The position numbers were made by a program, and so were the translations under genes. A stretch of 8,357 bases of DNA from Octopus sinensis. Taxonomy: Eukaryota. The first letter of the stretch is position 1, and every line of letters starts with the position of its first letter. Where the stretch lies: positions 1 through 8,357 of the forward strand of contig NW_021828469.1 in the NCBI RefSeq assembly GCF_006345805.1, given 5' to 3'. Of the stretch, positions 1 through 6,441 are shown one piece after another. The notes below the pieces were generated by a model. That model did not search any database. It saw only the letters and a program-made list of their open reading frames with translations, and was not told where the DNA came from.

Positions 1-32
<32 letters not shown>

Positions 33-39
33 GATAGAT
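1..39. repeat. (AGAT)n tetranucleotide microsatellite, truncated by the window edge
   Basis: Eight perfect AGAT units at 1-32, then a slipped GATAGAT. Confidence 0.98.
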
Positions 40-206
40 TATGACAGTCAAACGACTACTTTAAAAGTGCCTGTCGAATGAAAAGGAAAAATTTGAAAAA
101 TAAGGGAAAATGATGTAAAAACATAATATATATTGGAACCAAAATGGAAGAATAACACATCTTTAGCAATGAATACAAGGAAATAACACGCCCACGCGCA
201 TAGAGA

Positions 207-235
207 TGTGTTTGTGTGTGTGTGGTGTGTGTGTG

Positions 236-280
<45 letters not shown>

Positions 281-530
281 TGTGTGTGTGCGTATGTGTA
301 TGTTTGTGTGCGTGTGTGTGTGCGTGTGTGTGTGTATGTGTGTGTGTGCGTATGTGTATGTTTGTGTGCGTGTGTGTGCGTGTGTGTGTGTATGTGTGTG
401 TGTGTGCGTAAGTGGTTGTGAGTATATATATGTATGTGTGTGTTTGTGTGTGTGTGTGTATGTGTGTGCGTTAGTGGGTATGAGTATATATATATGTATG
501 TGTGTGTGCGTGTGTGTACATGCGTGCGTA
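207..530. repeat. Compound (GT)n-rich microsatellite with a ~58-60 bp higher-order period
   Basis: GT dinucleotide tract with GC/AT interruptions. The block GCGTATGTGTATGTTTGTGTGCGTG occurs near 290 and 348. The block GCGT(A/T)AGTGG..TGAGTATATATA..GTATGTGTG occurs near 408 and 468. Confidence 0.95.
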
Positions 531-532
531 AG

Positions 533-623
533 TGTACACATACATACATACAAGCACATATACGCTCACACAGATACACATTCACACACACACACACATG
601 TGCACAGATGCGTGCACAGACAC

Positions 624-656
<33 letters not shown>

Positions 657-661
657 CACAC
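533..661. repeat. Compound (CA)n-rich microsatellite
   Basis: CA/TACA tract directly after the GT tract, in the opposite strand sense. Confidence 0.95.
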
Positions 662-1183
662 CTACTTTGACAGAGATGAAAAATAAAAGAGTTGAAGAAT
701 TTCCACAAACGAAGGTATAGAGAAGGGAATATGAAATTTTGGACCAATTCCAGATAATAATATTCTGTCAGAATTTTTCCAGACAGACATAGTTCAATGC
801 TAACCTTAGGGTGTTAAGGTGACGAGTTCGAGCCCACCATTCAGAGCAAACAAATCAGAAAAAATAGGTAAAAGAGCGGAAAGAAATGTAAAATGTAAAC
901 ACGATAATGATTTATAAGTTAGACAAGAAATTCCAAATTTTGAGAAGTTTTAAGAAAACGGAAGGTTATATGGCCAGCTATGTATCATGCATAATATATA
1001 TATACACTCTCTCGGTGCACCAATTATTGTTGTTCATGTTATCAAATAGCGTCTCTTTTGGACTTGTACTAAAAACAAAATAATATATGAGAGAGATGGT
1101 AATTCGTTCTAATAGCGATGGTGTCCGCGCCAGATGCATTTCGGCTTTTATGAGCCTTTTCAATGATGCGTAATTACAACCAA

Positions 1184-1576
1184 CCACAAGCTCGGACGAG
1201 AATTCGCTGCCTCTGATGTAGGAAAAACTGAATAAGATACTCACTGATGTTGCAAATAGCCGTCCGGCTGATTAGAAATCTGCTGCATGTATTTGAAGCA
1301 GTATTTAAGTAAAATAGCTATATATGTATCATACTTAATGTATACACACTGTCCATAGGGCTTTGTCAATTAATATTTTATTCCACAAGCTCGGACGAGA
1401 ATTCGCTGCCTCTGATGTAGGAAAAACTGAATAAGATACTGATACTGCAAATAGCCGTCCGGCTGATTAGAAATCTGCTATATGTATTTGAAGCAGTATT
1501 TAAGTAAAATAGCTATATATGTATCATACTTAATGTATACACACTGTCGATAGGGCTTTGTCGATTAATATTTTAT
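1184..1576. repeat. Two-copy tandem duplication of a non-microsatellite ~199-bp unit
   Basis: Copy 1 is 1184-1381 and copy 2 is 1383-1576. Both start CCACAAGCTCGGACGAGAATTC and end TAATATTTTAT. Manual alignment gives 6 substitutions and one 4-bp indel (CACT absent from copy 2). Confidence 0.97.
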
Positions 1577-1653
1577 CTTTAGAAGGATGAATGATATATG
1601 GTACATTGATGGTGGGATTCGAAACTAATAGTATAAAGCAGTAGTTCTTAACC

Positions 1654-1893
1654 GGGGGTGGTGGTGACCCCTGTTGTAATCTTTCGCTCCAACTTTCTCT
1701 CACTCTTTCTTCCTGTTTCTTGTCCCCGACTTCCTACGCAACCGCGTCGATGCTCTCGGTGTCGGGGGTTGACCTGCTTTCTCTTCTGCGTGTCTGACGA
1801 ATAGCGAAGGACCACGTTTCGGACTTCCACAGGGACGAAGACCACTTCGCTCAACAAACAAACAAACAGCAACAACAAAATAATAATAATAAT
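1654..1893 (+). mobile_element. 5'-truncated SINE-like element (no tRNA head) with a CAAA/CAA/TAA simple-repeat tail
   Basis: 1654-1720 matches the reverse complement of 3971-4037 (body of the intact SINE), with about 9 mismatches in 67 nt. It then continues in a different 3' sequence ending in (CAAA)n(CAA)n(TAA)n at ~1852-1893, typical of a retroposon tail. Confidence 0.7.
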
Positions 1894-2035
1894 GATTTGA
1901 GAATTGAGGATAATGCAAGGACAAAAATAGAAATACACAAAAATAGGCTTTACGTAAAAAAAATAATAATAATAAAATCGAAGACAAACTACAGAAACAC
2001 GTGCGACAGGAAGGGTGCCCGACATGGACACAATA

Positions 2036-2262
2036 GTCCCGATATTTCTCCGGATGTGCCAACTCCAGAAGTTAGCTGTTGATCGCCAGAGACGGCATCT
2101 CGAAGCCACCACGGAGCGGGTGCTGGTAACTGAAAGATTTCCTTGCCAGCAAAACAAAGTCACTTCCATAAGATGGAGAAAAAGCATGCGCTCTAGTCTG
2201 GTCAGAAAGGGTCTTGTTCCAAGAAGAACGTTCTGTAGTACACAAGCGAAAGGCGATGTACG
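2036..2262 (-). mobile_element. Degenerate L1/Tx1-clade LINE ORF2 fragment (region just C-terminal of the RT core), frameshifted and with stops
   Basis: The three minus-strand frames give collinear pieces: HRLSLV (2241-2258), TRLERMLF (2179-2202), ILWK (2163-2174), YQHPLRGGFEMPSL (2087-2128), then *LLELAHPEKYRD. This follows the L1/Tx1 pattern YRL...LE..LF.FLW.G...P..GGLG.P.L, recognised by eye with no HMM search. Confidence 0.65.
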
Positions 2263-2478
2263 TGATGATGATGATGATGATGATGATAATGATGATGATG
2301 ACGATGACGACGACGATGATGGTAACGACGATGATAACGACGAATATGACGGTGTTGTTGTTATCGCTGGTGGTGGTGGTGGTGGTGGTCGCCAGCAAGT
2401 GTGTGTTTTCGTTGTTGTTGTTGTTGTCGTCGTTGTTGTGATAATTGGAGCTGCGTAGGTTTTCGTTGTGATAATAAC
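2263..2478. repeat. Compound trinucleotide microsatellite (GAT/GAC, GGT, GTT/GTC)
   Basis: Successive (GAT)n, (GAC)n, (GGT)n and (GTT/GTC)n runs. Weaker GGT-type repeats continue to ~2610. Confidence 0.95.
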
Positions 2479-2770
2479 AGCGGTTGAGTTGGTTGGCATC
2501 TAATAGCAGAGGCCGCTTCTGATAATAGCCTATATGTGGATAGCTTCTTCTCTTTTTTTTTCTGGCATTGGTGACGACAGTTGCAGCGGTGGCTGTTGGT
2601 GGTGGCGTGCTTTGTCAACCTTTGCTGATTATACTGGTACAGTATCCTCTGTTAAGAACAATTATTAAAGAAGCTTTATTGTTCTTTTATTATTACATTC
2701 CTTGGTTTATAAAAGAATTCATTGCAAAAATACGTGTTGGACTAAATATTATGATTTATTTGTTCCGCCA

Positions 2771-2845
2771 CTTTACGTTCTGAGTTCCAATCTAGCTGAG
2801 GTCAACTTTGCCCTTCATACTTTCGGAGGTTCGTAAAATAAGAGT
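2771..2845 (+). mobile_element. SINE family B fragment (B-box plus central domain)
   Basis: CTTTACGTTCTGAGTTCCAATCTAGCTGAGGTCAACTTTGCCCTTCATACTTTCGGAGGTTCGTAAAATAAG aligns with ~5135-5206 and ~5342-5413. Confidence 0.85.
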
Positions 2846-2907
2846 TCGTTTAGTGCAATGGATCACTAGAATTGCTGGAGTGCTGGAGTAGTTCTGTTTC
2901 AGTACAA

Positions 2908-2969
2908 TTTGAGTCCAGACCCCGCTGTGGCCAAAATTTGCTTTCCAAAATTCCGGGATCAATTTTAAA
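2908..2969 (+). mobile_element. Highly degenerate SINE family B fragment
   Basis: TTTGAGTCCAGACCCCGCTGTGGCCAAAATTTGCTTTCC..TTCCGGGATCAATTTTAA loosely parallels TGAGTTCAAATTCCGCCGAGGTCGAATTCGCATTTCATCCTTTCGGGGTCGATAAAATAA. Confidence 0.45.
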
Positions 2970-2977
2970 CTGAATTT

Positions 2978-3054
2978 GCAGACTTGTTAGAGCACTCAAC
3001 AAAATTCTGCTGATATTAGCTTTGCCTTTCATCCTTCCAGGGTTGATAAAATAA
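2978..3054 (+). mobile_element. Internally deleted SINE family B fragment
   Basis: A head-like GCAGACTTGTTAG..CAAAATTCT is followed by GCTTTGCCTTTCATCCTTCCAGGGTTGATAAAATAA (3019-3054), which matches the central domain of the other copies. Confidence 0.7.
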
Positions 3055-3290
3055 CTTATTTACGTACAATTCCAGTAATATCGAGGTGCGAGCATTTGTC
3101 ACTTCTATAGACAGCAGTAGATGAATGGCCTTTTGTTTTATAAACTCCGGAGGAAAGAAAGGCAAAGTTGTCCTTGGCAGGATCTGAACTGAGATTGGAA
3201 AAAGTCGGAACAGAGACCGAAAAACAATCTCCCCACACCCCTGCGCTCTAACTATTCTGTCAGCTTACTACGTTGGTGTGTATGTGGGTG

Positions 3291-3380
3291 GGGGTCGATA
3301 TGTTAAAGTACCGAATACTGGAATCGATTTAATCGACTAACCACGACCCACTAAATTCCTGGTATAGTTTCTATAGAAAA
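3291..3380 (+). mobile_element. SINE family B 3' half
   Basis: GGGGTCGATA..AAGTACC..TACTGGAATCGATTTAATCGACTAA corresponds to GGGGTCGATAAAATAAGTATC..CACTGGGGTCGATGTAATCGATTTA at 5189-5241. Confidence 0.65.
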
Positions 3381-3389
3381 ATGAATTAA

Positions 3390-3495
3390 CAGAATCGTTT
3401 AAAATGCCAGACAAAATGTTTTGTGGCATTTTTTCCGGCTCTTTATGTTCTGAGTTCAAATCACGCCAAGGTTATCTTTGCCATTCATTTTTTTC
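3390..3495 (+). mobile_element. SINE family B 5' half (tRNA-like head with B-box)
   Basis: CAGAATCGTTT..GCCAGACAAAATGTTT..CTTTATGTTCTGAGTTCAAATCACGCCAAGG aligns with 5296-5372. B-box-like GAGTTCAAATC is present. Confidence 0.75.
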
Positions 3496-3606
3496 AAGGT
3501 AGTGCACTTTTGATGTAGTTTTGCATGCTGATGACAAAATAGCATTATTTTTTCGAAAAATGAATAATAAAGAATTGTTTGTTGAGATGGCAACTTCAGT
3601 GTATCA

Positions 3607-3781
3607 TTGTTTATCCATTGCTGGGTGAAAGAATTGTCAGCTACTAGGTTTTGTAAGGAGGAGTTAGGGATTGGTGCCACTACAGCAGTAGACCATAAGA
3701 GTTATTTACGAGAGATCTGCGAAGAATATTTACTGTGCAATCCAGTGAAATTTGGTGAAATTGTATTTTTGAAGAGAAAAT
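3607..3781 (+). pseudogene. Merlin (IS1595/ISXO2-like) DDE transposase fragment, 5' of the SINE insertion
   Basis: Translates as LFIHCWVKELSATRFCKEELGIGATTAVDHKSYLREICEEYLLCNPVKFGEIVFLKRK. This follows the Merlin/ISXO2 pattern FIYCW..E....FC..ELG....TAVDW..YLREVC...L..NP.KIGG....VEIDES.F.KRK. The segment with the first catalytic Asp (VEIDES) appears largely deleted. Confidence 0.8.
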
Positions 3782-4160
3782 GGGAAGCACTCCGTCGGTT
3801 ACGACGACGAGGGTTCCGGTTGATCCGATCAACGGAACAGCCTGCTCGTGAAATTAACGTGTAAGTGGCTGAGCACTCCACAGACACGTGTACCCTTAAC
3901 ATAGTTCTCGGGGATATTCAGCGTGGCACAAGAGAGTGACAAGGCCGGCCCTTTGAAATACAGGTACAACAGAAACAGGAAGTAAGAGTGAGAGAAAGTT
4001 GTGGTGAAAGAGTACTGCAGGGATCACCACCATCCCCTGCCGGGGCCTCGTGGAGCTTTTTTAGGTGTTTTCGCTCAATAAACACTCACAACGCCCGGTC
4101 TGGGAATCGAAACCGCGATCCTATGACCGCGAGTCCGCTGCCCTAACCACTGGGCCATTG
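3782..4160 (-). mobile_element. Near full-length tRNA(Arg)-like SINE (family A) with a target-site duplication
   Basis: Minus-strand head TGGCCCAGTGGTTAGGGCAGCGGACTCGCGGTCATAGGATCGCGGTTTCGATTCCC has an A-box (4147-4157) and a B-box (4102-4114) and is collinear with eukaryotic tRNA-Arg. It is flanked by the direct repeat TTGAAGAGAAAAT at 3769-3781 and 4158-4170. Confidence 0.92.
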
Positions 4161-4170
4161 AAGAGAAAAT

Positions 4171-4241
4171 ATAACACCCAGGGCTCGAATGCTATCCGAC
4201 CGTAGGTTTTCGGCGGTCTATATCACGAAACTCAAGAATCC
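4171..4241 (+). pseudogene. Merlin transposase fragment, continuation 3' of the SINE
   Basis: After removing the SINE and one TSD copy, the frame continues KRKYN.....*VFGGLYHETQES. This matches the family motif KRKYNRGR.....WVFGG..RET.EC, with TGG>TAG at 4203-4205. An out-of-frame RML (CGAATGCTA) lies between. Confidence 0.8.
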
Positions 4242-4244
4242 CCC

Positions 4245-4260
4245 CACACACACACACACA
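4245..4260. repeat. (CA)8 microsatellite
   Basis: Perfect CA run where the recognisable transposase remnant ends. Confidence 0.9.
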
Positions 4261-4426
4261 TCTTTTCAATCTACCTTCTCGTGACTGTGACACTCGAAAA
4301 TTACGTTCCACATTCTATTAGCGAAAGAGGCAGTATGGAAGACTAGGATAAAAGGGATTATTACACACATGTGAGTGAGAACACTTTGAGATATTTTTGG
4401 TATCTAACATATGTCAGATACTGCGA

Positions 4427-4538
4427 GCGCTGCTTCTGATTGGTCAATCCATGGTGATGACCCGAGGTCACGGTGACAGCACTGCTTCTGATTGGTCAAT
4501 TCAAGGTGATGACCCGAGGTCACGGTGACGGCACTACT
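4427..4538. repeat. 52-bp tandem repeat, two full copies plus an 8-bp partial
   Basis: Units start at 4427, 4479 and 4531. Units 1 and 2 differ at 4 of 52 positions. Each full unit contains CTGATTGG and TGACCCGAGGTCACGGTGAC. Confidence 0.97.
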
Positions 4539-4625
4539 TTTGTCATTCATAAGTTACAACTAAACGTGAAGAATTTAGTTATTGGGTAAATAAAATATGG
4601 TCGTTTATTCGTGTGTAATAAATAA

Positions 4626-4712
4626 AATACCAAACTCATTCCCTATGGATACCGTATTTATTACAAGCCTCTTGTAATAAATACGGTATCCATAGGGAAT
4701 GAGTTTGGTATT
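4626..4712. repeat. Perfect inverted repeat: 42-bp arms with a 3-nt spacer (CCT)
   Basis: AATACCAAACTCATTCCCTATGGATACCGTATTTATTACAAG (4626-4667) is the exact reverse complement of 4671-4712. Confidence 0.99.
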
Positions 4713-4884
4713 CTCTATTTAAACAGGCAACTTTATCTCCGGCTACGATTTACGATCATTTTTTACTTTTCATTTGAAAAGGAAGGTGTGGCTGGAAAAG
4801 AAATGTCTGTCGGGGAGTATGTTCAAAAAGAGATGGAAGCATGTTGCACGAGCGTTGTACGTGCAAAGAACCGTGTGAATCGGC

Positions 4885-4892
4885 TATAAAAG
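4885..4892 (+). promoter_or_regulatory. Candidate TATA box (TATAAAAG)
   Basis: Consensus TATAAAAG preceded by CGGC, in a locally CpG-rich stretch (~4845-4960). Motif match only; such motifs arise by chance in AT-rich DNA. Confidence 0.2.
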
Positions 4893-5121
4893 AATAACAA
4901 ATAAAGGTACCAGCGATAGATCGGGGCTTGTGGGGTCGGAGCGTCGCCGGATCATCGCTACATTTGTGTTGTCCCTGTATTGTTAATTTCATTCGAGATT
5001 TTTTCATATTTTATATCATTTTTATATTCATATTTTATGTAAAATCCTAACGTATTTCTGATCCCAATCAGTTGTTTTGTCCATTTCTGTGTTTGGCCCC
5101 CTGTGGGCAATAAAGAAATTT

Positions 5122-5290
5122 GTATTTCGTCTGTCGTTACGTTATGAGTTCAAATTCCGCCGAGGTCGAATTCGCATTTCATCCTTTCGGGGTCGATAAA
5201 ATAAGTATCAGTCGAGCACTGGGGTCGATGTAATCGATTTATCCCTTCTCCGGAACTTGCAGGTCTTGTGGCATAATTTGAAATCAATAT
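5122..5290 (+). mobile_element. SINE family B copy lacking the A-box end
   Basis: B-box-like GAGTTCAAATTCC, central GCATTTCATCCTTTCGGGGTCGATAAAATAAGTATCAG, and 3' CACTGGGGTCGATGTAATCGATTTA..TTGTGGCATAATTTGAAA. Aligns along its length with 5329-5498. Confidence 0.9.
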
Positions 5291-5293
5291 TTA

Positions 5294-5498
5294 TGGAATC
5301 GTTAGCACGCCAGGCAAAATGCTTAGAGGCGTTTCGTCTGTGTTTACGTTCAGAGCTCAAATTCCGCTGAGATCGATTTTGCTTTTTTATCATTTCAGAG
5401 TCGATAAAATAAGTATCAGCTAAGTAGTGGGGTCGCTGCAATCGGCTTACACCCAACACCGAAATCGCTAGCTCTGTGCCTAAATTTGAAGCCATTGT
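5294..5498 (+). mobile_element. SINE family B copy, nearly complete, directly head-to-tail with the previous copy
   Basis: Head GGAATCGTTAGCACGCCAGGCAAAATGCTTAG, degenerate B-box GAGCTCAAATTCC, central GTCGATAAAATAAGTATCAG, and tail TGTGCCTAAATTTGAA. Confidence 0.88.
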
Positions 5499-5591
5499 TC
5501 ATTTCGGAACAGAATAAACCAAGAAACTACGGATTTTGAAACGTCTTGAATTCTCTTGGACGCTGCAAGCGATGAAGACGATAGCGTTGGT

Positions 5592-5850
5592 AGGAGAGAG
5601 ATGGAGAGCGAGCGAGAGAGAGAGAGAGAGCAATAGAGAGAATAAGTGAGTGAGAAAGGAAGAGAGGGTGAGGAAAAGCTAGAAGGTGAAAGAATGAGAG
5701 CGAATGAGAAAGTAAAAAAGAGAGAGAGAGAGAAAACGCTAGAGAGCTGGGGGATAGAGTGAGTGAATGAATGAATGAAAAAGAGAAAGAGAGGGAGATT
5801 TATTAGAGAATGAAACAGAGAGAGGGAGAAAAAAGAAAGAGAGGGAGAGC

Positions 5851-5928
<78 letters not shown>

Positions 5929-6066
5929 GAGGGAGAGCGATAGAGAGAGCGGGGGAGAAAGAATGAGTGAGTGAGTGAGTGAGTGAGTGAACGAGCGAGC
6001 GAGCGAGAGAGTGGATGAGAAAGAGAAAAAGAGAGAAAGAGTTAGGTAGGAGAGAGAGAGAGGGGG
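5592..6066. repeat. Long polypurine compound microsatellite: (GA)n, (GAAA)n, (GAGT)n, (GAGC)n
   Basis: The + strand is overwhelmingly A/G for ~470 nt. (GA)n ~5850-5876, (AAAG)n ~5880-5927, (GAGT)n ~5965-5989. Confidence 0.95.
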
Positions 6067-6387
6067 TATTTGAACCGACATCCAAGTCGCAGCAATGTCT
6101 TTCTTTCCATTCAACGGCCGAAAAGAGGAGGAGAAAGGAAAAATAGAAGAAAGGATAAAAAAAAAAGAGCAATAACAAGAATCGGGAGGACAAAAAAAAA
6201 TCAAAAATAGCATCAACTGGAAAAAGGGAGAGAAAAGAAATCAAAGAGAGAGACAAACAGACAGACAGGAAGTTTGGATTTATAGAATTTATTTATTACA
6301 GTATTTTGTTTCAATATATTTCTCGACCAACAATTAAGAGAGCTGCCACCTACTTCAACAAGGATTGAACCAACAAACGCTTGTATT

Positions 6388-6441
6388 ACACACACACACA
6401 TACACACATACATACACACACAGACACGCACACACACACAT
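6388..6441. repeat. Imperfect (CA)n microsatellite
   Basis: CA run with TA, GA and GC interruptions. Confidence 0.95.

Noticed and set aside
56-747. Eight overlapping ORFs of 62-194 aa rich in HT/CV/VY dipeptides
   Set aside because: They are translations of GT/CA microsatellites, which lack stop codons. No complex sequence.
811-840. tRNA T-arm/B-box-like GGTGACGAGTTCGAGCCCACC (and a similar inverted GGTGGGATTCGAAACT near 1611-1626)
   Set aside because: No cloverleaf, acceptor stem or A-box can be built. At most these are old SINE-head remnants, not tRNA genes.
978-1244. 88-aa minus-strand ORF
   Set aside because: No recognisable motif, it starts within a duplicated repeat-like block, and its length is compatible with chance.
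1648-2499. 283-aa minus-strand ORF and overlapping 108-147 aa ORFs
   Set aside because: They are kept open by trinucleotide repeats and cross a SINE tail, a LINE remnant and a microsatellite. Only short pieces belong to the frameshifted LINE fragment.
3607-3864. 85-aa ORF as an intact gene
   Set aside because: Starts at a non-ATG codon. The first 58 aa are transposase remnant and the rest is read-through into the antisense SINE tail.
4085-4160. Functional tRNA-Arg gene on the minus strand
   Set aside because: A- and B-boxes are present, but the acceptor stem and anticodon arm are imperfect and it is joined to a ~300-nt body with a TSD, so it is a SINE head.
4427-4538. CRISPR-like array
   Set aside because: The units are directly adjacent with no unique spacers, there are only two full copies, the context is eukaryotic, and there are no cas genes.
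5480-6437. 258-aa, 137-aa and 74-aa minus-strand S/L/F-rich ORFs
   Set aside because: Antisense translation of the polypurine and CA tracts. Low complexity only.
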